From: Phoronis australis
Taxonomy: Eukaryota; Animalia; Phoronida
Reading direction: 5' to 3'
Assembly (NCBI GenBank): GCA_002633005.1
Contig: NMRA01000233.1
Coordinates: 372,001-436,000, forward strand
DNA length: 64,000 bases
Shown: positions 26,470 through 39,568 of the stretch, piece after piece
Layout: each line of letters starts with the position of its first letter
Position numbering within the stretch: the first letter of the stretch is position 1
Notes under the pieces: model-generated
The model's input: the letters and a program-made list of their open reading frames with translations, nothing else
The model's database searches: none
Told to the model about the DNA's origin: nothing
Made by a program: the position numbers and the translations under genes

Positions 26470-26822
26470 TAGTAGTGTCAACACCACCAGCAACAACAGT
26501 AGCAGCAGTACCAGAACCAGCTTCAATGGCAGCAGCAGCAGTAGCAGCAGCAGTAGCAGGAGTACCACCAGCAGCAGCAGCAGTACCACCACCAGCAGCA
26601 GCGGCAGCAGCAGCAGTACCACCACCAGCAGCAGCGGCAGCAGTATCATCACTAGCAACAGCAGCAGCAGCAGCAGCAGTACCACCACCAGCAGCAGCGG
26701 CAGCAGTACCATCACCAGCAACAGTAGCAGCAGCAGCAGCTGTAGCAACAGCAGCAGCAGCAGCTGTAGCAACAGCAGCAGCAGCAGTTGCAGTAATAGT
26801 AGTAGCTACAGCGGCAGCAATG
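26470..26822. repeat. Compound (GCA)n/(CCA)n repeat with a higher-order unit
   Basis: GCAGTACCACCACCAGCAGCAGCGGCA recurs at ~26580, ~26613 and ~26676. Confidence 0.9.
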
Positions 26823-27941
26823 GTTTTCAGCGTTGCATGAACCGAGGCAATGGGCAACGCCTTGTTGGAGCAAGTTCGGTGGCAACCACTGCAAAACGAG
26901 AGAGGTGGGGACAGGGTTTGGGAAGAGAATTGTGAAATTTATGGCTACTGAGGAAAAAAGTTTGATTTTTCTAAGCATCCCAATCCCAGATTTCAGGCTT
27001 GCTACGGACTACAAAAGGTGTAGAACCTTTGGGGGTGCACTTTTTGACAAGTGCCGCTGTGGAGTGAATGTAAAGGTACGTCCTTTGAAATGCTTGTTAC
27101 CCGATAATAGTAACAGCAAAGAAAATACAGAGTGAGCTCATTGGAAAGCGCAAAAGGTGATATTAGCAGGGGCGGAGCTGGAAGTTATATTTTGGAGTTT
27201 GTCAAACATAATTTTTCCAATTTACAAAAAAACCTTCGAGGAAGTGAAAGCAGAGATGGTTGATTTTTGCAGGAATGATACTTTTCATTTTGGCCATGTG
27301 TCAATTTCTACCAAACGTAACGTGATTTTTTTCAATCGAAATCAGTAAAAATAGCAGTTCCTCACACCGTAAGTGGAGACGCCCTGATCATGTTACGTAA
27401 TCGTCAACCGGCTTCCGTGGTCCCTCACTTTTAACCCCCATCCCCCACGCTATTCGGTTCTGTTAATGAAGCGTTGCGGCCGAAATGCCCGCAATATTTT
27501 TCATTCCCAGCAATAACACCAGAGGCAGGCAATAAAGACAGCGATTCAGTCACACGTTGCTATTGTGTAACTTGCTAACAGCCCCAACACGGACTCGAAG
27601 TGGCCACCTCAGCGGTCGCAGTCCAATCTTTTGCCAGTGAAGCTTAAGGCCACTTCGTGGCCGAGTTTAACTGATTAGGTAACCAGTCTCAGTCACCAAA
27701 TGGCTGGAAGCCAATTAGTAATTTCATGATTGAATAAAAGAGAAATTTCATCATAACAATTTTTGCATCATTTTATTACTTGTTTTGGACGTATTGCGAC
27801 GGCAGTGTTAATCCAAGATACTGAGTAAGTTCACACAAACGAAGTTTTTGAATAAAACACTACCATTTCAACTACACAGCAGCAACATTGTATCTTATCA
27901 ACTTTACAAACCAAGAAGCAATTTTTCTTGCACTAGCTCTG

Positions 27942-28313
27942 GACCCGGGGTCCAATCTTTTTACAACAAATCGAACTTCAAATTTTGGGATTTTGTGTTA
28001 TATTTTTGTGTGAACACGTCTATAAGTTTGTGTTCGAATACATTATGATTTATGCATATGAATTTTAATTCCAGGTACGAGCTTGGTGACGCCTAGATTC
28101 GAAGTACAAACTCGAATGAAACCTCGACATTTCGAGTAAAAATTCAAAAGTTTCGAGATCCAAACTTTAAGCTGCAAAATACGATTAGACAATTATTCAC
28201 TAAAGCCAGTATGTGCTCGAGCATAGAATAGTAAAAACTCATCTTGAGTTCGCAAAAAAGTAGAATAGAAAATATCAAAAACAATGTCGAGTAAAAAGAT
28301 TAGAACTCAGGCC
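27942..28313. mobile_element. Harbinger-like MITE
   Basis: CTG|GACCCGGGGTCCAATCTTTTT ... AAAAAGATTAGAACTCAGGCC|CTG (16/21 TIR match, CTG TSD); a related fragment lies at ~26370-26450. Confidence 0.55.
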
Positions 28314-29489
28314 CTGATGTTATTGAGCCGAATTTATTATTGCACAGAAATGCCTGTTGTGGTTTCAGAAATTGTACCATGGTATCAGCCAAGTGGTTTG
28401 GTTTGCCAGTACAACGACGTCATCTAGTAATTCATTGTCGACCGTTGAGCAAAGGCATCTTGTGTAAGTCTATTAAGGTTCTCAATCAATGACTGGCAAC
28501 ACGTTTCATGAAAATACAACGCTTGAGTTAAACCTTCAGTTCTTTTGTTTGCAAAATTTCCCACCTGTGTAAAAGATTTAGCAATCTGGACGAAAGTAGC
28601 GTCTTATATTCAGTTCTAGAGTTGGCGATGTAACTGTTTTGTTTTTCTATTGCATGGTAGCGGCGATTATTATTATAAACATTTCTTTCCGTTGTTCTGT
28701 GGTAAGAGTTTTTATGACCACGCGTATAAACATCACAGCAAAGATAAAACGGTATTTCATCCCCTTTTTCATAAGTGAAGTTGCGCTAACTCGAGTTGCG
28801 CCAAGTACAAAAATACGATAATCGACTTACTCAATAAATGTAAATGTATATTTACCTCTATGGCGAGATTAACTGAGCTCGCCCCCAACACATTATAATC
28901 CGTTCGTTCATTCATTTGAAGCTTATTACATTACCTCCTACCTTCTGACAGAAAATCTTCGTAAACATTCAGTAAGTAAAGACTGAAACGAGCTGAGGTG
29001 CGAACCTAATCATTAAGAAAGGACCATGATTGCGGCACGAGACTATAACGTCAGTCTTTCACTTGTACGCAGCACACCATACGAAAATATTAATTGTGAG
29101 GCAAAATACTGCTAAAAACCAGCAATAAACGCATTGGGCAAAATTATCAGAAACGGGGAGAGTCCACATGAAAATATAATTACAAGTTTTTCAATGAACC
29201 TCTTTGCCTGACTTTTTTCTTTCCTGGCCCAAGTTTTTCTCTCTTTGCCCAACTGTAGCGACATTTATTGGGATGTGTCATACCCCCGAAGTTATACCCC
29301 TTTATATCGGGAGCACGAATTTCGTTTCAAGATTCAGAGGGATGTATCTGTAAAAAAGTACTTAACATGTGTTTAAGAAACTGCACGATTCTTCACGATT
29401 TATATGAATCGTCACTTCTTAGCTTACTACTTTCAGAGTTGACACCAAATTGAAAATTAGTTAAAGACTAAATGTCACGGATACAAAAG

Positions 29490-30130
29490 ATACATGAAGC
29501 ACATACCTTTTGCGTCGTTCGTTGTGAGAAATGTATGTTCGTCACCACCATCGTACGCAGAGTCTTTATCTTAAGTCACGTTGGTCATAACTACCACAAT
29601 TTCTTGCGACTTCTCAAACGCTTGGTTCTCGGATCACACACAGAAAATCTTGACCAATCTCGAATAGTCGTCAAGGAACGTGACGAAGAAAGGTGCTTCT
29701 CCAAAGCTCATAGTATGCATACTGTAGGTACACGACGTCACTGTGCACCACTTTCAGCCCCTCCGTGGTCTTAATTTGTCTCTCTGGAAATTGTTCTCGG
29801 CTCTTCTTTCATTCGATACACGCCTAAGCATTGACACCAATTCAGTTTCAGTTGGTTGACGCTCTCAGTCATCCGTGTATCTTCTTTTTGCCTGAACGTT
29901 CAGTTGAAGCAAATTCTTCATTTGTTATCCGGTTGCCTCCATCTGACCGTCTAGACTCTTGAAGCAACAATTGCTATATTCAAATTCAACATCAGATTTT
30001 TGTTGGTAGCCACTTCCTACACAGAGAAGCCTACAAGATTCTACCTCTCACATTTTGGAAATTACGTGTCTGAAGTTTCTGGTGGTTTTGCTGAATCCGA
30101 TATGCACAGGCTATTCTAACAAAAAATTCG
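29490..30130 (-). mobile_element. Decayed Ty1/Copia pol remnant (post-protease, GAG-pre-integrase, integrase core start)
   Basis: Minus-strand LKVVHSDV, SFGEAPFFVTFLDDYSRLVKIF and KIKTLRT.GGDE match Copia integrase 'LVHSDVCGP..FVTFIDDYSR..KIKTLRTDNGGEY'; upstream LLCVG..VEF and an LWHRRLGH-like segment; frameshifted. Confidence 0.75.
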
Positions 30131-32899
30131 AACCGCCAAAACCACGACAAACATTCGAATTGGAGTTCAACAAGCCTATGCAAGCGCATCCGTGATATAA
30201 TAGGGTACCGTAAACGCCACCAAGAAGAAAAATGTCACTTGGCTACAACAGATCAAAACGAGGCTCATTAGAAGCAGCAGGGCAGTTACGATATCAAAGT
30301 ACGAGGCAGAGCAGAGGAAACAAAGCGATCGTGTTCTATTGCGAAAAGTGGGGTTTGGTGGGAAGCACAAAATCGAGATCCAGATGGAAAACACGGTTGA
30401 TCGATTGCAAAAACAATTTAATCCTGACGCCTCTTTTTTCGACGTTACTGGAAGAGAGTGGACTCTGCATCGAAATTTACTTTTCTCAATTGGCTCAATC
30501 TTTTAAAGACGATCGTGTTGATGACGATAGTTGCAAACCGGAAAAATCGTTCATATCGACTTTCAGTGTCGTTGTGTGACCCAATGATGAAGTGTTCTAG
30601 ATGAGTAATGATCCCTCTCTAGGAAAGTATTAAGTATAAAATAGTATGTGACACAGCAAGTTTTGTGTGAAAAATCGAAGAAACATTCCTTTATTCCTTT
30701 TTAAGTTCTAATATTCTGGCGCATGCTCAGTTGTCTTGTCAGGTACAAGTAACATTAGTTTTGGTCTTCAATAAGACACGTGGCTTTCGTATCAGCTTTT
30801 GGTTCACCTTGTAACAGAATCCTTGTGGTATACGGTGAAACTTAAAATACACTTCACGAAGAACATATGCCTCATCGTGTTCTGAAAACATCCTCGATGT
30901 GCCGGTAATTAAGGTTAAGCGACGAAATAGGAACAAACTGGGAGCTGCTTCAATTTATCGGTTTTTTAAGGTATACCTAGGTGAACAGATGAATAGAGCT
31001 TTTGTAAGATACGGAGCGAGATGGATTTTGTCCAACTTCCCGTGGCGACACGATGCTATGATTTTACTGCGCAGTGGGAATTCACCTAATGCTAATAAGA
31101 CCTAACGCTGGTTATGAAACAACATGGCTATTTGTACTAGTTTGCCAATCCGCTATAATTCCTCCCTGAAGCAGTGTGATGGATCGAGATTAAGCCTTAT
31201 CTAAAACAGAGGGAATTTCATTCAAGACCCAACAGAGGTCGCGCCAATACTGTTTCACTGGAAATGCAGAAAGCTTGGAGACCGCTAGTAGAACATCTTC
31301 TGTAGGAGGAGGGGACAGTTGTGATCCCCCCAACGTTTTAACTAGGTACGTAACGCTGAAAAATTTTAATTAGTCATACACATGGACCTGCATGGATGAA
31401 TCATGATCTTAATGCTACCACTATGCAGCTTGTCAGAAATATGTGCACCTATGAAAACAGAACGCTGCAACTGACCAAAAACTTTTTTTAGAGTTTTAAT
31501 TTGTTATAAGTTCTGACAATTATTCAAGTTTTGACTTGTTGGATGTCTCAGTGGACACAGAGTAGTACACCTCATGCTCCAAATTGGGGGTTCCCGTAAA
31601 TTGTTTCAAAGATACTATTGTTGATCGCAAACGACTTTTGAAGAAGGCCAGATGACACATTTTTGGTGGCTGAGTGGGCAAGACCTTCACGGATATATTG
31701 CACACCTTTCTGAAGCCCTGTGATTTGTTTTGATAGTGAATTAGGGTGAGTGTGGTATGAGTCGAAAGAAACTAATCCAGAATTTGAGGTCCGTTTTTGT
31801 CTTACCTATTCTTGCTACTTGGTTCACAATTCCTACTTTATCATACTTTTTGTTAATAAAATACCACACCCCATGTCATATCTCTTCACTTGAAATATAT
31901 TGAAAACCTAAATTCATCAGTTGTTAAGTATGGAAATCAAAACGGTCCAGGTATCTGTAATTTAAGGTAGTTTAATATTCTAACACTAGGTGACGGTGTG
32001 GTTTTTAAAAAAGATTATATTTACGGCTATTTAATTTCTTTTGTTCGTTAAACTTTTTCAATGTGACCAACATTGCTTCAATGTATCTGAGACCATATAT
32101 TTATCAATAATGTCGCATTGTACACGAAATCCAAAATTTAACATTTTGTCATTTTTCATTAGGTCAAATTGCACGGAAATGTGCAACGTAAGACGAGAAA
32201 GCTTTCTATATCTGAAAAGCTCACTTATGAATAAGGTGTGGTACAACAAAATAAAAATTCCAGGTGAAAATACGAAACCCTCTTTGAAGCTTCTACAGCT
32301 CAGGGTCCTCTGACTATTTGTGTTACGGGGAGATTTTATGTAGGATGAACATGTCATTTCTTTCATTTAGATTATGTTACAGATACAATACAACTTGGGT
32401 TAACTATGTGCATAAGAATAATATTGTATGAGAAGTATTAATTATGTATATAGTGGTTGTTGTGTAATTAATTAATGTATTGGCTGTTTACCGTAATTTG
32501 TTGCTTCCTATGAGTACATAGGAAATGAATCAGCATGTTTGTCTCTGACCATGTGCTTATGATATGCCCGCAGAATTATGTAACTTTAAATTCACCGGAA
32601 TTGGTCAACTTTGGGCGAGCCATTTCTGTCAACAATACTCTTGTTATTATTCATTAGAAAGTACTTCAGTTTCAACTTTAATATCATACATGCATATACA
32701 TGTAGTTGATGCTTGCACCGGCGTTAAAGGAGAATGCCACCCGATTTAATTAGTCTTGTTTACCGTCTTAATGGGTCTATATCCACATCACATCGTATAC
32801 GGTCGATCTTACCTCGCCGAGAGGTGTCGCGTTAACCTGTGAGGAAGGTGAGAAACGACGTAGCGACGTCAGTGGTTCTTCTGCAGAGTGAGTGCCGCT

Positions 32900-33092
32900 A
32901 TGGTGTGGTGTATCGTTCCCGCTTGTGCGAACTATGAAGCTGCGAGGGAAGCGGGTATATCGTTTTTTCGATTTACTCGAGAGTCCATAATGCTTCGGAA
33001 GTGGCTCGTGGTAGTGAAGAAGGAAAAGTACGCTGTTAATACCAAGTATGAGGCTCTGAAACTTCTCCGTGTCTGTCAGTGGCCTGCATTTC
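32900..33092 (+). pseudogene. THAP zinc-finger fragment of Kolobok transposase (frameshifted, truncated)
   Basis: MVWCIVPACAN...FFRF....LRKW...LRVC; relative to copy 2, a 4-nt insertion precedes the GLHF, then the homology ends. Confidence 0.8.
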
Positions 33093-33199
33093 GGTTGTAT
33101 CAGTTTTTGGTTATGGAGAATTGTAGTTGGCCATGAAAACATACAAGTAATTCAAGGCGTGAAAACATAATGTTTTATTTAACCTGTTTGATGACTGAC

Positions 33200-33605
33200 T
33201 CGTTCGTGAGGCTTTTGTTTGGTCCTCTGGGTGTATGATGTTTTCTCCAGTCAGTCTTTTTCTCAGCCCTAAAAACGTCGTAAGCACACCTCTGTTTCGA
33301 TGGTCCGTGAGACACATCTGCATTTCTCCAAGAAGGCGTTTCACTTGCGAAATTTCGTGGCAGCAAACGCAAGCGTCAGTTGCTTCCATTATCGTGCATT
33401 TAGCTCACTGATACCATGACAAGTTATTCAAACGGTTTTCGGAACTATTCATATGTCCCGTTGTCTGTTCACGTTCACGGAACCTCTCAATTATTTCTTG
33501 ATCAGTGTATTCCGGCTCGAAATGATAGACTGTGAAACCTAACGATCGACATGTGAAGTCTTCGTCGGATGAGCACTCGTCTAAGTCGCGATTGGGAGTT
33601 GCCAC
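33200..33605 (-). pseudogene. KolX / P2X7 C-terminal (Zn-binding ballast)-like fragment
   Basis: YHFEPEYTDQE...ENRLNNLSWYQ*AKCTIMEATDACVCCHEI...MCLTDH.NRGVL, matching the 'Y.FEP...RL....WC.C..C..M.....C.CC.E....C.T.H' pattern; start codon mutated to GTG and an internal stop. Confidence 0.75.
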
Positions 33606-34762
33606 GTTGACGTTTAGTTGTTGCGCGTTCTGTTTCAAAATGAATTATTCTCACCCCTACCAATGCTTATACAAAATTGGAACAAAGTATGTCTTAGATA
33701 CAATTTGTAATGTCTTGGAGTGTTCGTGAGCGCAAATGTTTTGAGAAGCCAGCAATGAATTAATCACTGCATCACTGGCTTGAGATGCAATAAACTAAAT
33801 GACCGGGCACCGAGGCCGTGTGAGCGTATGCTAATTCAGTGTTTGCTAACAGAAAGCTGTTGTACAATAACTCGATTTTATGTCCTATGGTCAGATGTTA
33901 GGGAAATCTCTGTTTACATATTCCTATACATCATTCGAATCATTGTTACTTTACAACTTTTGCTCTGACGGTTCTGTGGAAGGGTAACCTAGCTGGCTTC
34001 GCGGCCCCCGACGAGCTAGTGAGTAGATTTTGAAGCTTCGCGGCTAATTCACCAAAATAAACACGTGCACATTTTTTTCTTTGGCTCACTAGTATAGTGT
34101 TTTCGTGACTGGGAGTTTAGTTTCCAACTTTGGCTGGCTTATGTTCGTGATGTCTTCAGTCGGCCGCGATGGGCCTCAGGTTCCGAGCCACTGGCCGGGA
34201 TATAACACGCGTTTTGTGTGTTTAGAACTGAAAAAATTGCAAGTCTTAAATTACCACACGCACCTATGTTCTCCTGTCTGTATTTCACGGACGAATAATT
34301 TGAATTTATCACCGAACAGACCCCAATCTCCCGCGACCGACCTTGGTAAATTGGCCTACCGACGAATTCAAGCGATTAGCTAACCCAGTAAGCGTGTTGT
34401 GAACTGCTGACCAGACTACATCGAACCTCTGACGTCATTGATTAATTTCAAAACCTCCGTCTGCCGTCAGGTGTCAGGTAAAAGAGCTGTGCTTGCAGTT
34501 ATCGAATGGAACTGTTCGAACTAAATTGATACAAACTAGGTTGTCTTTGGGTGGCATTCTCCTTTAAAGCTTTTACTGTCCGTGGCCATATTTGGCGAAT
34601 GCTTGGGTTCATATTTGTAATCCTATGATTTTGTTCCTAGAATTGTTTTGGAAATATGAGTAGCATTTGGAGGAAGTTTGTGGGTTTAATATTTTGATCT
34701 AACTTGCCCACCTTTATTCTGTTTGATTTTAAGTATACGAGTACTGTTAGCTACTCAAGAAG

Positions 34763-35046
34763 GCATATTTCCTGACGAGAGGCAACCAGAGTGCTACAGA
34801 GACATCGCATATTTCTCGGAGAAAGGCAACCAGCCTGCCACAGAGATATCGCAGATATTCTTGAAGAGATGCTGCTGGTTTGCCGAATTATATCACAAGT
34901 AATAGAATTCGAAGGACTGAATTTCAACCCGTTACATTGTAGCAGAAATTCGATGGACTGAATTTCAAAGGGATACATTGTATCTAGAATTTGACGGACT
35001 GAATTCATGATAACATATATGATGTTCGATGGACTGAACTTCATGA
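34763..35046. repeat. Two adjacent short minisatellites (~43-bp and ~40-bp units) upstream of GPCR1
   Basis: gcatatt..gagaggcaaccag..tgc.acagaga ~2.5 copies (34763-34871); gaattcga.ggactgaatttca ~4 copies (34903-35046). Confidence 0.75.
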
Positions 35047-35729
35047 TCGTTCCATTTCATCAAGCGATGACTGCTTGGAAAACGGGATAGCATGATCAAG
35101 AGAAGAGGAAACTCCTCGTAACAAGTGTAACATTGGATCCAAGGCCGACGCCAGGAACAGGAAAACGTGATCACAGACTGATCAGATTAACCTTTTTTGT
35201 GAATGTTTATGTTATTTCATTTAGGTAATTTTAAACATTTAGTCAATATGCTTATTGTTATATCCAAATAAATTTGTGTTGTTTCAACCGCCTACCGGCA
35301 AGATATTCACCACATGACAATTTGTATTGACACAAACATGGGAGGCCATCAGAAGAACGTGACGCAAAATAAAAACACTTTAGGCGTGCATGAACAAAGT
35401 AAATAAAAATTTCACGAAAACTGACGTATAGTCGCATCGAACGAGCATTTTTATTTTTTCTGGTTAGAAGAGATTATTGATTTGTGCTCAGCGTCGAGAG
35501 CGGGCGATGGCTTTGTGAACTATCCTTTTCTGTACATGGGAATACAGTTCATATATTTTAGCCACAGGGACTTATGGCTGATTGGAATCTGTGTGCACAT
35601 CGCAGAAGAAGTTATTCAACAATATTAATGGTCCTGGTTCATCAACACGTTGGTCGACAGTTGGAGAGGAGTTACATGCACAAGTGATCGGAATCAACTA
35701 AGAGAAGGACGACGCCGCTTTGCCATAAG

Positions 35730-36818
35730 ATGAGTTCGATAAGCTCCCCAATTAAAACTTTTCAAGAGCGATGGTTTTCGGGTAACACGTCATTTCCCGA
35801 AGATTTTAAGATGACTTGCGATTTTGTTGAATCTCCTGCAAAAATCGCCCTGACATTACTTTGCATCGTGGCACTGCTAGTGAATCTCAAAATACTTATA
35901 GCGCTACCATTTGTAAAAGACAAAACAAAGAAAATTTTCGTTTCGCTGTATTTAAGCATGGCCGCTGCCGACTTTTGTCACGTGGGAACATTGCTGGTAT
36001 CGGTGTTTTGGACACCGACGTGTGATCCCATTAAGATGGTATTTCATTTCGGCTATCTGTTTGCCGTCAGTCCTGTTTCGAATACCGTAATTTTGACGAT
36101 ACTGGACGTATCAATTTACGTGCATTTGTTATCAACTGTTGCGCTGACCATGGACAGACTGGTTGCCGTGAAGAAACCACTGCGCTACAAGACGATTGTT
36201 ACAATGAAGCGAATTCGTATAAGTTTGCTGTTGATTTGGTTTGTGTCGATCTTCGTGAGCGTACCTCCTGTTGTGTGGGCACTTCAGTACGGCTTTAATA
36301 CGCGTGCATCTAAAGACGCTAATGATATATTATTATTAGTTGTATCTGGAACAACATTATCTAAAATAGCTCTTTTTGTTTGCTCTTTAACATTTCTTAT
36401 GTCTGTATATGCTTACATTTTTGCTGCTATTCGAAAACACAGACAATTTGCGCAAGCGGTGAGTGCGTGTAATAACGGGAGGATTAAACACCATGGAAAA
36501 GGAGCAGTTACGGCATTTCTTATAGTGGTAGCGTTTGCTTGCTCATGGCTGCCATACTGTGCCGCCATACTGGTGACACTATTCTGTACCTCAACTAGTG
36601 AACAAGCGTTTAAAACTATGGTGACTTCATACCAGGTCAGCGGAGCTTTAGCCCCGATCAACAGCCTAACAACTCCTGTGCTTTATATACTAAGAAACTC
36701 GTCAGTCAGAAGATTGATTTATGAAAGTATGTATCGTATAACGCCATGTCGCATGTGTGCACGTCGCGTGACTATTGCCAGACATGGTGTCTATTCTGTT
36801 GGAGATAAAAACAATTAG
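35730..36818 (+). CDS. Intronless class A (rhodopsin-like) GPCR, orphan/possibly chemosensory
   Basis: 362-aa ORF with seven hydrophobic segments; TM2 SMAAAD, TM3 DRL + AVKKPLRYKTIVT, TM4 W, TM6 CSWLPY, TM7 NSLTTPVLY. Confidence 0.93.
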   Translation: MSSISSPIKTFQERWFSGNTSFPEDFKMTCDFVESPAKIALTLLCIVALLVNLKILIALPFVKDKTKKIFVSLYLSMAAADFCHVGTLLVSVFWTPTCDPIKMVFHFGYLFAVSPVSNTVILTILDVSIYVHLLSTVALTMDRLVAVKKPLRYKTIVTMKRIRISLLLIWFVSIFVSVPPVVWALQYGFNTRASKDANDILLLVVSGTTLSKIALFVCSLTFLMSVYAYIFAAIRKHRQFAQAVSACNNGRIKHHGKGAVTAFLIVVAFACSWLPYCAAILVTLFCTSTSEQAFKTMVTSYQVSGALAPINSLTTPVLYILRNSSVRRLIYESMYRITPCRMCARRVTIARHGVYSVGDKNN

Positions 36819-39336
36819 CGTCACGTGTTTTAGGGCACACTGTTATATGACTATAGTTATCACGGAATATCGTAAATGTCACATGTTAACATTTATTTTC
36901 GAAGGATTGGCGAGATCACGCAAGCCCGCGCACAAAATCACGCGAGTGAAAGTTGAATGTTTTGTAAGAAAGCTCGAGATCACAGCCTACTACGGTAGAA
37001 TAATAAAATGGCCGCATCCGCAGTGATTAGCCGGCAAGACTGAAATGATGACTACGGAAAAATCACGGTTTCCGTTCCATAAGCGAAGATTTTTCGTTGC
37101 AAGTGTATGGCGAGTCGCTTGCGCTACGGAAAGCAACTCAGGATCTTGACCACGGGAGCTCGACAATGGACAAACAAAGGGCCTTTAGAATTTTTCCATC
37201 AGCAATGTATAATTGACCAGGAGGACGTCCGACGGCAAGTCCTTTTCACCTGACAGTATCCTTCCCTTGGCAGTCATGTACTTCCATGACGGAACTTACA
37301 ACGATGTCTCTTAATGGCGATTTCATAGATTTTCCTGATGAATAGGTTTCACAGCAAACAAAAGTTCCCCAGAGTAATCCTTTACGGAAAACAACACATT
37401 CAACTAAATGAGTCTTGATCGTGAGTGATTACTTTTTAACCCGTTCATTTCTCATTGTTATGTTAATTAATTTCATAATGGTATTTTGCTTGTATTTCAA
37501 AGTTCCTTGAGTGGTTTATAGTAATGAGGGTGATCTGAGTCAGAGCTAAGTCAGAACCGGGTTATCGTAAGGTTTACTTAACTTTTTGCAAGTATGATAC
37601 AAAAAAATCTGAAATAAATGGCGTGGGAAACAACTGGCTTAATTAAGTGAAAATTCGAATGAAGAAAACAGTTACGCATGCGCAAGGGCGACTAAGAAAC
37701 TTATTTGCCAGATAAACGTATTTAACGTGACACCGACCGCCGGAGCTAACATAACCTGGATTTTTGTCTAGGTACAGAGCTATAAACCTGTGTTCACTTG
37801 ACAAAAAGAGTACCCTAATAAGAGTCTTTGTGGAGCATAGATGATTAAACAATAATGAAAAAATGTGTTGTTGTTTTTCTTGTTGTTGTTGCTGCTGTTG
37901 TTTATATCTCCGATGAATATCATGTCTTGTTTTAACAATGCTCTTCAAAAATTGAATTTAACCCATCTGCATTCATCGCAAAAAGTATTGAAGCAAAACC
38001 ATGCTATCGATTTTGTCTCCTGTAAAAGGAATATACCCTGTTTACACAATGCACTTAAAATTTTGAATGTTGATTATCTGGATGTATCGCAAAACTTTGT
38101 TACTTGGAACTTGTGATTTGCGATCGGTCCGAATGGGACACTGCCCGTCCTACTTATTAACATGCAGATGGCCTTTTTGGATTCGGTAAACGGTCATTAT
38201 GTGGTCTGTCCAACCAGAATAAGGGAAATTCTTATTTAGACATCCTTATTTGGAATATCGTAATGCCATAGATGTTCTTATTTGGAATATGAAAATGATA
38301 AGATTCATTCATTATTGCAATTACAATTTAAGAAATGATACAAAATATAAAAGCAACCAATCCAATTGGGCTTGTTGGTCAATTTTGGATTTGTTTCTTA
38401 TTACATTCGCCAATTTAGAACACAGGGTAATATCACCAAAATATGAAGATTTCGCACCTTTCATTCCTGTCTGTGTTAGCTTTATTTTAGTATTCAATTT
38501 CTTTTTTCAAAAGCGGGCGGGGTTTCCGCGGAAACTTCGTTACATTATGTAACCGCAGTTGAAGGAGAACTCATAACGCTCGTGTCAGCTGTCACAGTAC
38601 GGTGGCAATTTTAGGTGGTGGTGCACCACCAAAAATAAAAATCAAAATTCATATTAAATTCAGTTAAGTTTGAAACTACTGTTTTGCTTTAAAAGAGCAT
38701 GCCACCCAAAAAACAACCTAATTTGTATCAATTTAGATCGAGTAGTTCTCCTCGATAGCGGCACGTACGGTTGCGTTACCTGACACCTGACGGCAGACGG
38801 AGGTGATGAAATTTTCCATTGACGTCATCGGTTTCACACGCAGTCTGTTCAGCAGTTCACAACACGGGTAACTGGTGTCAGCTTATCGCTTGAATTCATC
38901 GTTTAACACCAATAAATGATCAAACTTCGATGTAAAACCCTTAAAAATACACCGAGTTCTTATAAAAACGTGTTGTCTTATTTCACTGTTACGNNNNNNN
39001 NNNNNNNNNNNNNNNNNNNNNNNNNNNNNNNNNNNNNNNNNNNNNNNNNNNNNNNNNNNNNNNNNNNNNNNNNNNNNNNNNNNNNNNNNNNNNNNNNNNN
39101 NNNNNNNNNNNNNNNNNNNNNNNNNNNNNNNNNNNNNNNNNNNNNATTGCACCTACAGCCGGTAACGCAGTGAGTTATTCATTGCTGGCTTCTCAAATAA
39201 TTTGCACTCACGAACACTCCAAAGGCATTACAAATTGCATCTAATGGGACACACTTTCTTTCAGTTTTATATATAAGTATTGGTTAGGGTGAGAATAATT
39301 CATTTTGAAACAGAACGCTAAGTAATAAACGTCAAC

Positions 39337-39568
39337 ATGGCAACTCGCAATCCCGACTTGGAGGAGTACTCATATGACGAAGACTTCCCAGGTAGATCGT
39401 TAGTTTTCTCAGGATATCAGTTCGAACCAGAGTACACTGATCAAGAAGTATTAGAGAGGCGCCGTGAACGTGCACAAACAATGGAGCACGTGGATAGTTC
39501 CGAAAACCGTCTCAATGACTTGCCATGGTGTCAGTGCGCTAACTGCACCATAATGGAAACAACTGATC
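39337..39568 (+). pseudogene. KolX / P2X7-ballast-like N-terminal fragment in Kolobok copy 2
   Basis: MATRNPDL...GYQFEPEYTDQE...ENRLNDLPWCQCANCTIMETTD, then a deletion junction into antisense THAP sequence. Confidence 0.75.

Larger units (their letters stand above)
32728..34563 (+). mobile_element. Non-autonomous Kolobok-type DNA transposon (copy 1)
   Basis: Perfect 15-bp TIRs AGGAGAATGCCACCC (32728-32742) / GGGTGGCATTCTCCT (34549-34563), TTAA on both sides. Carries a THAP fragment (+) and a convergent Cys-rich P2X7-ballast/KolX-like fragment (-). No DDE core. Confidence 0.88.

Noticed and set aside
30850-31260. Possible CR1/L2 LINE fragment (IKPYL...FIQDPTEVA)
   Set aside because: Too degenerate to support without a search
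34903-35046. CRISPR-like repeat/spacer appearance
   Set aside because: Eukaryotic context; inter-repeat parts are similar to each other, so this is a degenerate minisatellite; no cas genes
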